From contig OZ037766.1 of assembly GCA_964035545.1 (NCBI GenBank), positions 372,001 through 436,000 of the forward strand: a DNA stretch of 64,000 bases, read 5' to 3'. Origin of the DNA: Bugula neritina. Lineage: Eukaryota; Animalia; Bryozoa. Numbering within the stretch: position 1 is the stretch's first letter; each line of letters opens with the position of its first letter. Under the pieces are notes generated by a model that had not been told where the DNA came from, did no database searches, and saw only the letters and a list, made by a program, of their open reading frames with translations. Shown here in pieces: positions 43,782-59,200 of the stretch. The position numbers and the translations under genes were made by a program.

Positions 43782-46700
43782 TTACTCCCACTTGACAATC
43801 TGTCTCTTGGACACATGTTGACCTCTGATCTCTGTGTTTGGAGGTAAGACAGCGAGATAGTAGGGTGTGTCAGCACCTACAGTATAACACAGAATATGAG
43901 CTGTAAGACAGCGAGGTAGTAAGGTGTGTCAGCACCTACAGTATAACACAGAATATGAGCTGTAAGACAGCGAGGTAGTAAGGTGTGTCAGCACCTACAG
44001 TATAACACAGAATATGAGTTGTATTTTGGAGTTGTCATATTACTAGTATATATAGTTTACACTACACTGTCTCTCACTATATACTACATACCTTCATCTA
44101 TAGTCAGATGTCCCTTGTGACTGCTCATACTAGTGCTTACATACCCTGGGCAGACCTGAAAATATATACAAACTCATAATGGAAACACAACTCCTGTTAT
44201 CATCAAACTCAAAATATCAATTATAATCAATACATATGGAAATTCATTAGCACAAAATTTCCAACTGTTCACCACAATGTATCATATACTCACAGCATTC
44301 ACGACAATGTCCCTCTCGGACACAGAGTTAAACTCCTGCTGATAGGCTCTGGCTAGGAGAGTATCTCCCAGTTTAGAGACGGAATAGGCAGCGTCATCAG
44401 GCCAACCTTTCTCAGCAAAATCTCCAGCCTTCACGGCTCTGCAACACATGAGAGAGAATATTGTGTAATAGAATGAAACTCTGATATTCAGAATGATTGG
44501 AGGTCTGTACCTCTTAAAAACATGTATTCTACGTGTCGAGTGAAGCAACACAAACATCCCAGTTGACATCCTCTCTCCCCACGTTACATCCACCCCTCCC
44601 TCCCCACGTTACATCCACCCCTCCCTCCTCACATTACATCCACCCTCTCCTCCTCACATTACATCCACCCCTTCCTGCCCCAAGTTATAAACACTCACGA
44701 GACAAAGTCAGTCATTGCCTGAAGGACTTGAGTCCTGGTCAGGGGAGGATCATTCTTAATAAATGAAACGTATCTCTCGGGGTTCAACTTCTTAACCTTA
44801 TGAAGGGCCATTGGAGCCACCAGGCTGGAGAGAACTACAACTCTAAAACAATCAGCAAATCAGCTCATGATCAATTAACAATAATATTTCAATATTCAGG
44901 TGGACTTACTAGCTAGAAGGTGGAGGAACACATTGAATAAAATACTTTATCACAGAACTGGATGTTTAGGAGTGAAAATCATACAAACTTCCAACTTGAT
45001 AATGAAACAATATCCCAGAGAAGACAACTTCTTAACAAGTACAAATGTCAGGGTAAAGCAGAGTATACAGTTTATAGAAAGACATACAGTGTGTATACTT
45101 GGTCTGAGTTACAGATAACCATTAACTATATTAAAGTAAAGTTAAGTATAGACCCCGGAATGCTGCCATAAACCAACATGTGTTAGAACACTGACCTTGC
45201 TCCGTCCTTGAGAATAGGAAATAGAGTGTCACACACCATATTAGTACCAAACACATTTGTAGCCAGAGTAACCTCAGCTTTCACAGCGTATGGGTCGGTG
45301 GAAGCACTCTAAACAACAGAGCAACTCTAATTGTGAGAAAGGACCCCAAGTTACATAATAATGGACCAATTGATTAAAAACATCTCAGCTACAATTTTCT
45401 TTTAAGCAACCGTTCAATTGATTTTACTGTCACAAATAGTTTACTCCTGGCCAGCAAAACAGACCTTGAAAGCCATGCCGGCATTATTAATCAGGATATC
45501 CAGTCCACCGTGATCCTTAGTCAGCTTTTCTTTGACGGCAGCAAAGGTTTCAGGTTTTGTGAGGTCAGCCTCTAAGAACTGAGCTTTCAGACCTTCTGAC
45601 TGCAGTTTCTTCGCTGCCTCCTCCCCATTGGCAGCGCTTCGTGCTGTAAATTATGACAACACAGAGGGCTTGGAGACACAGTAGTTATGTAGGTCACAGT
45701 AGTTATGTAGGTCACAGTAGTTATGTAGGTCACAGTAGTTATGTAGGTCACAGTAGTTATGTACGTTACAGTAGTTATGTAGGTCACAACACAACACTCA
45801 CATGTTCCATAAACTGTCCAATCAGGATGCTCCTTACAAAGTCTTCTGACTATGCCATAACCAATACCTTGATTTGCTCCAGTGACCTGATTATAGAATA
45901 GTAAGATACTGAGTATATACTAGTATGTAATGTGTTCTTATGTATGTTGAGTCAGTGTATAGGTTATGTTCACTTTGTGAGTCTCACAGCATGAAGTCAA
46001 CACCAGGAAAACCACAGAAGTTCTGCTTTTATTTTCAACAGAAATGTGTGAGTTGAACCAAACTAAACTTACTCTGTATTACATTACTGTTAAGTTAATA
46101 AGCGAGTTTGAGTTGAAACTGTACATTTTAACTTCATGTTGCTTGTAATTTTACAAATTTTGCTTAGATTATATCAATACACTATTTCATTACTGAATGA
46201 TTCTAATAGATAGTAAGCACGCTGTTTATACTATGACTTGCAAAAACTCAACAGAGTCTTCTACAGGTGAAAATATAGGATGAGTGGATAAAATAGAAAC
46301 AATCAAATATTTGCAGAAAATAGACCAATGAGAGCTGTTTGTTTAATTGAGGAGTCACACAGTAAAGCTTAAGTTTAGATGTTTTCAAACCTCATTGGTT
46401 ATGATAACCACTATGTGATGACTGAGTAGACCTTTGGTGACATATAGATGTAGTACAGCAAGTAATGACATGTACACTCAACACTATATTATAACGTTTT
46501 ATATAAATCATATGACACATTTCAGGGCATACAAGTTGCATGTATTTCAGCATAACTTTGACAGACTTAGGAAATAGTTTACATGCAGATGTTCAGTTAC
46601 AAAGTAAATTATTTAACCTACAGAAGACAGCTTTCAGTATTGCAGGATGTATTAAATTTTATAATTAACAAAGCCAATTACTAAATGGGTGAATAACTTT

Positions 46701-47556
46701 CGGCATACAAATATTTAAATTAAAATTCGAAACATTTCACATGAAGAAAGAAGAGCTAAACACATACCACACAAAACATGATTAATGTAAACCACACAAG
46801 CAGACACACATATATATCGGTAACTTATAGCTATACATACAAAGTATGCGAAAAGAAGAAACAATTTAGAAAAATTACTCACAAATCTAGAGCGGGCCAA
46901 CAGTCATAAAATCAAATATAAATTTGTACCACAAGCTTAGAGTTTTCTTACCACTAGTTAGAATATAAGTATCAGTTTAGAAGACCACACCAAATGCCAA
47001 CAATCACATTAAAAGATGTAGAAATTCATCAGTTTCATTTAATTAAAATAAAACATAATATTACAAAATAATTTGTTATTGTAAAAACACAAATATCATT
47101 CATTTATTGTAATGAACATCTAGTTTAAATGTAAAAAACCATCATAGAGTGCATATTTGAAATTTATATTATCAAATAGTATATTTATTAGTCTTAGTTA
47201 ATCGTATTGTACTTAAGTTAATAACTTAAAGTTGAATTTATTCCTATTAATTTAGTTTTACTTTTAGTATTACTATTAGTATTACTATTACTATTAGTAA
47301 TTATTAGTATAAATTCTAGTAATACTAACAACTAATAATTTATATTGTACAAACAATAACTATAATTATAACATTAACTTCATTAACTATCACTATATGA
47401 GTATAATTATAAGTATTAGTATAAGTATAGGTTATTAATATTACACTTGAACTTTAAGTTTAGCAATTAGAATTAGTGAATTACTATCAATTGACTTAGT
47501 ATTACTATTACTATTAGATATTAAGATATAATACAGACCAGTGCAACTTTTGCCAT
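43782..47556 (-). CDS. Carbonyl reductase 1-like SDR, copy 4 (8 exons, apparently intact)
   Basis: ATG 47556, stop 43782-43784; VVVLSS and YSVSK intact; three units of the 59-bp repeat at 43844-44020. Confidence 0.88.
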
Positions 47557-48558
47557 CTCTGCCTTTTGAATCACAAGCAAATGCAGAAAATAGATAATAA
47601 ATGTGAAATGATAAACTTGCACAGTGGAGCCCCTTGGGTTAGTATTACGTCGTCTATCACTGATACCAAAAGGTAAAGTAAAGCTAGATTGATCTGAACC
47701 GAAACTAACTTAGTTGAAAATCGATATACTGGAGTCGTTGATGACTTTCTTGTAATCGCTTCAAATATCATGTAAAAAAAATATAACGAATGATAAATGT
47801 TTGCAAGTTCAAAGGCTATATTTTTTGGATTAAATAAAAGTATTTAGCCAATGAAATCAACACCTTCCTCATTGCACGTGCCGACAGCATGTTAACTACT
47901 GGTTTTATGCAGTGTACCAAAGCTTCTTTGTACATAATATTGTTAGCAGACAACTCCTCCATATACAGTGGTAGCCGAATTATAAGTTTACTTTATTAAC
48001 TTTTATAAATGAAGCAGTAGGCCTAAATCAAAGGATGTTTATCATTTATTTGTTTTCAATGAAAATACATTAATTTACAGCACAATAGACATAATTATAT
48101 CCAACACAAATAAATATTATAATCATCTGCTTTAAATACTTGTGACCACAAAATTATGACAAAAATGGTTCAAGTTTGACAAAGTATAAGAGACATTACA
48201 GACAGTAGTCAAGAGTGGTACACAGAAAGGGTTACTTTGAACACTTGTTTACAGAAAGTATCACTTATTGATGAAATGTAAAAGCAAAAGTGAAACAATC
48301 AATTTCTATAGTCAAGCGAGTAAACTTGAGCATACAAATAGTAAAATTAAAATTAGAATAAACGAATATGCTGATGAAAAGTATAAAAGTTCAACAAAAA
48401 CAACAGAAAGTAACTCACATAACCAACTAATGGATTTGTCAAACACCAATACAGTTTATCAGTCAATAAAATCAAATAGTAAAACTCAGAGCTTCAGAAA
48501 GAAGGAGGAGCTGAGAGAAAGTATAAACAGAAGTCAGTGTCTTGAAGTTAATAAGGAG

Positions 48559-48930
48559 TTACTCCCACTTGACAATCTGTCTCTTGGACACATGTTGACC
48601 TCTGATCTCTGTGTTTGGAGGTAAGACAGCGAGGTAGTAAGGTGTGTCAGCACCTACAGTATAACACAGAATATGAGTTGTAAGACAGCGAGGTAGTAGG
48701 GTGTGTCAGCACCTACAGTATAACACAGAATATGAGCTGTAAGACAGCGAGGTAGTAGGGTGTGTCAGCACCTACAGTATAACACAGAATATGAGCTGTA
48801 AGACAGCGAGGTAGTAGGGTGTGTCAGCACCTACAGTATAACACAGAATATGAGCTGTAAGACAGCGAGGTAGTAGGGTGTGTCAGCACCTACAGTATAA
48901 CACAGAATATGAGTTGTATTTTGGAGTTGC
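48559..48930 (-). pseudogene. Orphan last exon of a fifth CBR copy, with five units of the 59-bp repeat
   Basis: Last exon and 3' flank match the other copies; homology stops at about 48930 and no further CBR exons were seen. Confidence 0.8.
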
Positions 48931-51900
48931 TCTCTCCTAAGCTTTGCTATCCGCTGCAGTTATTACAGGCTGCACAGTTACGAGGTGTTGTCTTCTGATA
49001 CACATCAAAGTAGCCTTGGAGATGAAATAAAAAAAAGTATTATTAACAGAAATACAAGAAGAATGTTTTACCGTATGAATGAATCATTTTCATACAATAC
49101 TTTCATCTACAGCTAGATGGGCAAGTATCAGAATATTCTACGCATACTTATAAAATATATTAGAAACGAAATATACCCTTGAAGTATGAGTTTAATATTG
49201 AAAAAAGGAACAAAAACTTCAACAAAATCTGACATAGTACTTACAGCTACACAACAACATGACTCTCAGACACAGGCTCTTGTCAGGAGGGCTTCTCTCA
49301 GTTTAAGGATAAAATATGTCACAACATCCAGTCAGCTTCTCTCAGCCCTGCGAGACAACAGAGACGGTATCAATAATAAACATTATGACTATTGTGTGCC
49401 ACTGGCAATCCCTTACAATCACATCATTACAAGTAAAACATAAATATATATTTCATTATCAACTTTAAACACAGACTGTAGTTTCACAAAATGATGGAAG
49501 TCAGAGATGATAGAACTGGCTACATTTAATTGGAGTTCTACGACTACCGTCAAATTTTTCGACAAAATTAAATTACAAAGGGTAAAATAAGACTCAGTCA
49601 TTGTCATACTCATAGTCATTGTCATTGTCTGCAGGATTTCACTCTCAGTTAGTGTGAGTGTCCCACTTATTTACATAATTAATATAAATAAATAAAAAAT
49701 TAAATATATCCATAATAATAATCATATTCATATTGATATTTAATTTGAACTTCATTATGATTATCATTAAATATAATTATCATTTATCACTGATTATCAT
49801 TAGTCTTAGAGTTTAGACATTATTATGATTATCATTATGATCTAGATTATCCTTTTACTAAATCTTTTTCTTATACTTAAAGTTATACCCTATAGCGCAT
49901 ACGATAGCACACGTGGACACACAGCTATGCAGACACATACCTACACAGAAATATGATCAAATTTTATTTCTTTTCAATCTTCACATGTTCAAGCTTCACT
50001 TCTAGTTCTACTTGTTCTGTGGCTGATGTCAATTCTAACCTCTGGCTATGGTGTGCCTACTTGTTTGAGAAAATCGCTTGATGCAGCACAGTGGTTATAG
50101 TTGCCGAGTACAGGTGTTCCGGGGTCTTTAAGGATAGAGTTCGGACTAAGCCGCGTTTGGGAATTTATGTTTGTGCTGCATATAATCATTTTACTGCTAA
50201 AATATTATTACAATAAAAACAGACTCGCTACACCAACAGTTTCTAATTCGTTCTTCTAACTGTCTGTCTAACCCTTGTACCGCATACATGCAATAAAAGT
50301 TTGGCTTTTTTCATCGAAAACACTACTTTGTGAAAAACGTTTTCGACACCAGCTTTATAATTGTTAAATTTGTGTTCGTGCGATATTTGAACATACGGCA
50401 ACAAATTTTTAGTTGTCAGACCATCACAAACCCAAGGATTTTTATTAAAATGAAAATCCCCAAACCAATTGGATCTTTTTTACTTGAACAATTGTCCAAG
50501 CTTTTGCATTACAATAATGATTATTCATCATTATAATTATAATGTTGAACTTAAAGTTAATAAGTTTGATAGGCAATTGTAGGTAATAACTATAATTATT
50601 AATAATTAATTATAATAATAATACTTCAAGTCTAATAGTAATAGTAATACTTATACTAATACTAATAGTAATACTAAAGTAATAGTAATAGTAATACTCA
50701 GTATTACTAATAGTAATAGTAGTACTAATACTAATAGTAATACTAATACTAATAGTGATACTATTAGTAATAGTAGTATAAAGTATTATTATTACTATTA
50801 CTGTATTAGTATTACTATTAGTATTACTATTACTATTAGTATTACTTATAGACTATAGTTATTAGTAAAACTAAATGTATTGATATTCATAATTACCTTA
50901 ATATTTATATTATTATAAATTAAAATATTGATGATATTATAATTATAATATTTATTAATATTGGTATTGATAATCATAATTATAATAATTTAGGGTTGTT
51001 GTCTAAACTCTAAAGTTTACTACTAAAGTCATAGCCCTTAGGCTTAGGTAATGTTATAGTATTAATAAATGATCAACTTCAAATTCAACTCATAATCATA
51101 ACAATATGAATAACATATTTATTTCAAATTTAATATGAAATTAAACTAGAAACATTGACTAAGAATAATAATATCAATATTTATATTGAATATGACATCT
51201 ATTACATTCACATGTACGAACGCCTACACACGCATTTGTATTTGAAAAAAACTTGCACAGGTTTATAGTCGCTATCCCTGTGAAAAACCCTTAATGGAAA
51301 GGGTTTTTTGAAGCAGGCTAAGAAGTTAGACAGGAGTAATTATGACCAGATTCCTCCCCTAACCCCTAGACCACAATGCTCCTTACAGTTGTACTTCTAA
51401 CACCATGAGTTACAATCATATTCATATTCATATTCGTATTCCTATGTTCACTATTAAGATCTTAAATCTTTGCATCAAGTTTAACTTACATTTGTTTAAT
51501 AAATCTAATGATCTTCCAAGATAAAAAGTAATGTGCTAACAGATTCTTATGGTTTAAATGACCTTGCCTGTCAATTAAATTTTATTTAAAATGTTATGGC
51601 GGTTTCACATTTTAAGCTAAAGCTGAATCGAAAGAATTCGTTGTTTTCCAATCAATCCATGATCTGATGACCTTAGTATGCATTAGCATGTAAGGTGGCG
51701 AATGTTTTAAAGAATCTGTAATGTTTAAAGGGCATATGGCATATTGCTGTCATTTTTAAACACTTCATGTTGTGGGCCATGAGTTATCATCTCTTGTCAA
51801 CCAAGTTGCAACCATAGCGCCTACTACTTATTAGCCCAAATTCTTTGTGTCTTATTATTCGGGTGTAAGACATGTTTTAGATGACTGGAAACAGATTATC

Positions 51901-52050
51901 GCAGAAGATGAGATAGTATTTAATAAAACTATTTGTAATTATATTTATATATGAAGCTCATTGTTTTCTCTACATTCAGTAGATCAGGTACCGTGTCTAA
52001 GGTTATGTATATTTGTTTGAACTAGTTGGTAACAACTGGAAGTACCGAGT

Positions 52051-54811
52051 ATGAATGAACATATTCACTTCTCTTCTCAACCCCTGCACGTTCAGACTGC
52101 CAACACGCAGCCTCTAGCAGATACCGAATCCTCCCAGCTCGCTCATCTCTCTCCCATGTGTGGCTGGCAGAAGAAAGAAACGCCATCTCCCCATAAACTG
52201 TTTGTCTCTCCGACTAAACATAAGTCTAAGGTATATGCCTGTTCGTTGCAAGATATGCCGCTGATTATATTGAATAGCACTCATTCTGTAGCTCTTTGTT
52301 TACGGTTACTACGGTTACTACAGCAGCATATCCCAACTGCTTGTAGCCCAGCGCTGATCAAATCTCATCTCCGGTGAAAAGACAGTTAATGCCGTTGTGT
52401 TATTCTGGAGATGAGGCTGTCGGAGTGAGTCCCACGAAGTCGGACTATGGCAGCAGTCTCTCTGGCAGCAGCACTAATACCGACACCACAGATGACAGTT
52501 CAGAAAACCTCCTCTACTTCAAAGTCCCGGATTTGCGTCTCAATGGTAAGAAAAACAGCCTAATTAACCTTGAGCAACTCTATTTCATACCTCCACAGTT
52601 TTATTAATCCTTTCATATTCCACTATATCTCAATTTTGAATAAAACCACTGTTCATTGTGAAAACTGTACAACTGGTGGCTCTTGATTTGTGCCCCCAAT
52701 TGATAGAAATTCAGAATTTTGAAGTTTTTTATGTAAATCATTATTTTAAAAATGGATTCAAACATTAAAATGTTTTTTGTAAAGTTTTATTGCTCACAAC
52801 TTTTTGTAAAATCTAGTTTTTCAGTAACATTTGAATTTTATTTAATTTATAAGAAAATACTACTCCGTGTACTCAGGCGTTGTCTCACTACTCCATGTAC
52901 TCAGGAGTTGTCTCACTACTCCATGTACTCAGGAGTTGTCTCACTACTCCACAGTGTACTCAGGAGTTGTCTCACTACTCCATGTACTCAGGAGTTGTCT
53001 CACTACTTCCTGTACTCAGGAGTTGTCTCACTACTCCACGTACTCAGGAGTTGTCTCACTACTCCATGTACTCAGGAGTTGTCTCACTACTCCATGTACT
53101 CAGGAGTTGTCTCACTACTTCCTGTACTCAGGAGTTGTCTCACTACTCCCTGTACTCAGGAGTTGTCTCACTACTCTATGTACTCAGGAGTTGTCTCACT
53201 ACTCCACAGTGTACTCAGGAGTTGTCTCACTACTCCCTGTACTCAGGAGTTGTCTCATTGCTGCACATGAATATTATCTCTGTGTTTCGTCAGATCTCTA
53301 TGATTGGTCACAGAAAGTTAACGAATGCCGAGTGACAACTGTAAACCCTGCCAAAGGTCTCGTTACTCAGAAAAGCTCGGCTGGTTCTACTGTAGATGTC
53401 AATGAGGAGCTCATTGCTCTCTTCAGATATGATACTAGTGTGTTTGCCGTGCTAGAGAGATGTCCTCACGCTGGTAAGTGAACAATGGCTTATGGCTGCA
53501 CCTGGTTTTCGGTTTGGTTTCGAAGTTTTCCCTTCTTCTGCATGTTGACAAATTTTACTTTGGCTTCTAGTCAAAACCCTGATTTCTCACTTTGGTTTAA
53601 TAAGAGATTTTCCTATTTGTGTTCATTTAGGTAGTTCAGTTATTTAATATTAGAAAGATTTTAGTCATCGCTCATTTTTTATAAGAGCTACCTTAATTGT
53701 ATGTAAAGAATGGGTTCTCTCGGACAGCGTCAGTCATAGATGTAGAGTAGTAACACTGTGTAGAGTAGTAACACTGTGTAGAGTAGTAACACTGTGTAGT
53801 GTAGTAACACTGTGTAGAGTAGTAACACTGTGTAGAGTAGTAACACTGTGTAGAGTAGTAACACTGTGTAGAGTAGTAACACTGCGTAGAGTAGTAACAC
53901 TGTGTAGAGTAGTAACACTGTGTAGAGTAACACTGTGTATAGTAGTAACACTGTGTAGAGTAGTAACACTGTGTATAGTAGTAACACTGTGTAGAGTAGT
54001 AACACTGCGTAGAGTAGTAACACTGTGTAGAGTAGTAACACTGCGTAGAGTAGTAACACTGTGTAGAGTAGTAACACTGTGTAGAGTAGTAACACTGTGT
54101 AGAGTAACACTGTGTAGAGTAGTAACACTGTGTAGAGTAGTAACACTGTGTAGAGTAGTAACACTGTGTAGAGTAGTAACACTGTGTAGAGTAACACTGT
54201 GTAGAGTAGTAACACTGTGTAGAGTAGTAACACTGTGTAGAGTAGTAACACTGTGTAGAGTAGTAACACTGTGTAGAGTAGTAACACTGTGTAGAGTAGT
54301 AACACTGTGTAGAGTAGTAACACTGTGTAGAGTAGTAACACTGTGTAGAGTAGTAACACTGTGTAGAGTAGTAACACTGTGTAGAGTAGTAACACTGCGT
54401 AGAGTAGTAACACTGTGTAGAGTAGTAACACTGTGTAGAGTAGTAACACTGTGTAGAGTAGTAACACTGTGTAGAGTAGTAACACTGTGTAGAGTAGTAA
54501 CACTGTGTAGAGTAACACTGTGTAGAGTAACACTGTGTGTAGTGCTGTCGCTGTGTGTAGTGCTGCCGCTGTGTGTAGGGGGACCGCTGCACCTAGGAGA
54601 CATAGAACTGCTGCCTGATATCGGCTCCATCTGTGTCACGTGTCCCTGGCACTCCTGGAAGATCGACCTGACGAGTGGTAAAGTCCTCTTCCCTCCTCAC
54701 CGGACTCAACGCGCTAAAGTATTCCAAACGATGCTCGACGACGGTGGGCAAATCTGGATCGGCTTTGACGCCTTCAATGCTCGATACTTCAATCTCAACA
54801 CTGACTTCTGA
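52051..54811 (+). CDS. Rieske [2Fe-2S] domain-containing protein, RFESD-like (exons about 52051-52230, 52347-52545, 53294-53473, 54579-54811)
   Basis: Spliced RCPHA|GGPLHLGDIE...CVTCPWHSWKIDL gives the CxH...CxxH Rieske ligands; GT-AG phases are consistent; the 5' exons are less certain. Confidence 0.85.
52860..53258. repeat. About 28-bp intronic minisatellite (TACTCCATGTACTCAGGAGTTGTCTCAC)
   Basis: About 14 tandem units. Confidence 0.95.
53741..54578. repeat. 18-bp minisatellite (TGTAGAGTAGTAACACTG) ending at the last acceptor of the Rieske gene
   Basis: Long array with 15-bp variants; the terminal degenerate units end TGTGTAG|. Confidence 0.96.
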
Positions 54812-56039
54812 TTGGTTGATGATTTGTGTAGCTCAATGTGATTGGCTCGTTTCTTAGGTGAATAGCAAGCCTCTTCTCCACTCATTATCTCTTTGACACG
54901 CAACATGTTTAATGCTACTCTTGGATATATTTTTATATATTAATAGTTTTCACTCACCCGGTATTCAACGAGATGAAGATGGTTGCTCTCTCTCTTTATG
55001 TTCAAAGGATTGTTATTGTTAATGTACATGGCACACACTTTTAACCTACAGTGTATTCTATAAACTAGTTTTATATTGCTGATCCTGTAGTAGCATCTCA
55101 CTGATATCTACTGTATACCACTGATGTCTATAGCATGTTAATAACAGAGCTGCTTGTATATTTCCATGCTAATAGATGTGGTATACTAACCTAGCCCTCA
55201 CATTAGAATACATGTCCAATCAGCTACAGTCGTGTGAATTTAGAGTATTTAATAGATTATATACTAACATATAATTACACTACATATTATTTTCTTACAC
55301 TGTATATCAGTCTGACTAGCTAAGCCTCAGATCAATCACATTATATACAATTAGAACTTAGTCTAGTCTTAGAGTTGAGTGTTAGACACCATTTTTATTC
55401 ACCGTGCACCTTGTTGGCCTTTACCAGGCCTAGTCCTATGCAATCTAATTCAATAAATATATTTTATTGTATAAAATACAATGTATTATTGTGATTCTTG
55501 TAACAAAATAAATCAGAATATAATATTATAAAGCAAAACCAAAAGTGTATTGTTTTAGTAAAAAGTAATCTTCTAGATTGTTCCAAAAGCCTTAGTTATA
55601 GAAGCTAGCACAGTTTTAAGAAGGAGGCCTAGCTTTGATATAATATGTCAGTCTATTTACAGTAGAACAAAGTTTGCCACTCAAATATGGTGAACATTAA
55701 ATCATGCGTTATTAAAGTGGTTGCATCTGGTAAACTAGCAGGGGGGGGGGTTAACTAAAATTACATGAATAAACTTACTATATACAACACCAGGTATACT
55801 AAATATAACACCCGGTATACTAAATATAAAACCAGGTATATAAAACGAGGTGTACATTCCCTAAAGGTAGCCAAATCCATCTTCCCATATAACACTGTGT
55901 CTACCAGGACAAACCTGCATATAAAAGCATAATATGGGAGTATAGTTACCTTATAAACATATAATAGAGTAAATATTTCCTTTACATATACTAGAGCTAT
56001 GATCATTAGTAATTATAATAATTACAGTTATATAATATA

Positions 56040-56226
56040 CTACTTACAGTCATACACTTTAAGTATTACTTACAGTTATATACTTTAAGTATTACTTACA
56101 GTTATACACTTCAAGTATTACTTACAGTTATATACTTTAAGTACTACTTACAGTTATACACTTTAGATACTACTTACAGTTATATACTTCAAGTACTACT
56201 TACAGTTATACACTTTAAGTACTACT
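56040..56226. repeat. 26-bp minisatellite (TACTTACAGTTATACACTTTAAGTAC)
   Basis: About 7 tandem units. Confidence 0.9.
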
Positions 56227-56268
56227 GAGGTAGTACTTAAAGTTCCGAAGCAGAAAGAGGGCTACACA

Positions 56269-59200
56269 TCAATGGCATCGACCAGGAAGCCACTCAATGA
56301 GGTCTACACCAAGACTAGCGTTGCCATAAGTTGAGGAAACATCGTGCCGAGATATAAACACTACCTACATGCATATGAAGAGAAACATCAACTTAGAACA
56401 TGACTATAACAAAGGCTTCCTTTGAATTAGAATATCTCTCTATAGTTAAACGTATTTAATATAGTAGTTTTGGAGTACAACCAGCCACACTGCCGTATCC
56501 AGCTGGTAGTAAGTTCTGTGATTACATAATACCTCTACACTCTGTTTCCTGTAGCTAGTAGCTGAGAGACTGTATTCTATTGGCTGCCAGTAATTCCTCG
56601 ACTCGTCTAACACCAGTAAGGGTGGTCTACTCAGCACCCCGTCAACGGCCTTGTAGACTGAGAGAGATGTATAGCCATCACAGCACATGTATAGCCAGAA
56701 CCTCAGACACCTGCTTTCACCTGCACAGAGTATGCAGACGTGTGGCTCTGGTGTCACATGACAGGATATTAATGGAACTGCTAATGGACAGTTTCAACAT
56801 GATTACTGTAAAGGTTTGTACATCCGTAAAGTATATCTTATTCAATATAGGAAGGCAAATATTTTCTACGAATAAAGTGCTTAATGCTAGCTGAGGCGGT
56901 ATTAATGCAACTTTTTGGAATTATACTCTCCTGCATTATAAAATATATTGTATAGATCACATGTTGGTTGGGACCAGAAAAATCATAAAAAGTTCAGTGA
57001 TATAAGAATTGGTAAAGGATAAATGACTATTTATAATTATTTGAAATGTAAGGATATTTTTAAAGGTTAAAATAGACATGTGGTAACTCAAATTCCCCTT
57101 AACTTTATAATTAAATTACTTGTAACTATATTATAGGAAAACTAATTGCATATATGTACACCACATGTCAGTTTTTAAAGTAACTAGCACCAACTCACCT
57201 GGGTACAAAATGTATGGAATTATTCTGAATGCACCTTTATATGGCCCCTTCGTGTGGGGAGGGGGCCTTATTGAGGTGAGATGAAACTTTCCCTCAGCTG
57301 ACCCTAGTCGGCTTCTTTGATTGGTCGATTTATACACCCACTTTGACACCTGCTGACACAAACACCTGGTGACACAGGCACCTGTTGACACTATGACTGC
57401 ATCATGGTTAGATATGCATGCCATTGCTCAAAGTTAAAAACCAGAAAAATATATTTTAACCGAGTCACCTAACTGCAGGGCAATTGAACTATGTAAATAG
57501 TTATCCACACTCACTCACACCAACTACTCACACTAACTACTAGTACTACTCACATTAACTACTAGTACTACTAACACTAACTACTAGTACTACTCACACT
57601 AATTACTAGTACTACTAACACTAACTACTAGTACTACTCACTACTACTAGTACTACTTACACTAACTACTAGTACTACTCACACTAACTACTAGTACTAC
57701 TCACACTAACTACTAGTACTACTCACACTAACTACCCACAGTACTACTCACACTAACTACTAGTACTACTCACACTAACTACTAGTACTACTACTACTCA
57801 CCTCCCAAGGTGACTCTGTCCAGCTCCAGTCATCATAACCTTTCTGGTATGAGTCATGAATCCTGACGTCTGAACAATCTCCCAGAACTCCCTCCTCAAA
57901 GCCGCACTTCATTCGACCTTCTAAAGGCAGATGACAGTGTGACAGATTAGAGTAACTCGGTGGAAGAAAAACAGCCATTTTAATATGTTGTTCCGTCCAG
58001 TTTAAAAGCTACTTATGAAATTAAAAGAGTTTTTAGCTTCACTATAAGCATGAATAAATCACTATAAGCATGTGTAGGCCAGCACCCTAATAGAACTTGG
58101 AACAATCCTCCGTACAGTATTTCAATCTGTATTTTACTGTGAAACATAATCAAACTAGAGTAGAAATTACATAACGTACTATCCTTACCTTTTGGGAAGC
58201 AGTGACCTTTGTAACACGGTGCCCCATAGCAGTCCCGGCAACTATCTGGAACAAGAGAAACTAGCATGTTATTTCAGGAAACAGTACTCAGGTGTAATAA
58301 CCTCCCCACCAAATACAAGATGTGACTGCTAGAGCACAGGCTATCTGTGATAGTAACAAGTCTAAGAATTTAGCTACACATGCAGGGTATACATGTGTGT
58401 AGATGTGTATATTTACTTATATCTACAGTCAAACAAATTACATATGTCATATGAGCAATAGTAAGAGTAACAGCAAAAATTACATGTAATGCAGTAATTG
58501 ACAATATTATGAGGTATTAAAAGCATGAATAAATCTCCATGTGAAAATAGAGTGGATAATAAAGGTGTAAGAATACTAGGGGTTTAAAACTCTTCTCCAC
58601 CCCCTTCCGGGAGACTGACCTATATCATATGATGTCACAGACAGGTGAGTTGAGAGACTGACCTATATCATATGATGTCATAGACAGGTGAATGGTTCTA
58701 CAGACCTGCCATTTGCACACGAATCTCCACTCCTCGGCCTGTTTTGGTGTCTTTTAAAGCATCAAAAATAATAAGAGCAGAATCTGATGTGCTTTGAGAG
58801 GTGAAACAGTCAGCATAGCATTTCCCACAATTCCTGTAAGACAGAGAGTAGCTTGACTACCATACACTGTGGGAAATAGACTTGCTTATGTCAGCTTCTA
58901 CCTGTACAGGTAATATACTCAGACTATAAACTGTGTCTCTACTAACATAGGTAATAGTTATATACCTGTACTACATACTCCCTACTAACATAGGTAATAG
59001 CTATAAACCTGTACTATATACTCCCTACTAACATAGGTAATAGTTATAAACCTGTACTACATACTACATACTAACATAGGTAATAGTTATATACCTGTAC
59101 TACATACTCCCTACTAACATAGGTAATAGTATAAACCTGTACTACATACTCCCTACTAACATAGGTAATAGTTATATACCTGTACTACATACTTCCTACT

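Noticed and set aside
53693-54639. STQCYY / YTVLLL / HSVTTL repeat ORFs, and similar ORFs at 52752-53481 and 60398-60977
   Set aside because: Minisatellite artefacts that are open in several frames.
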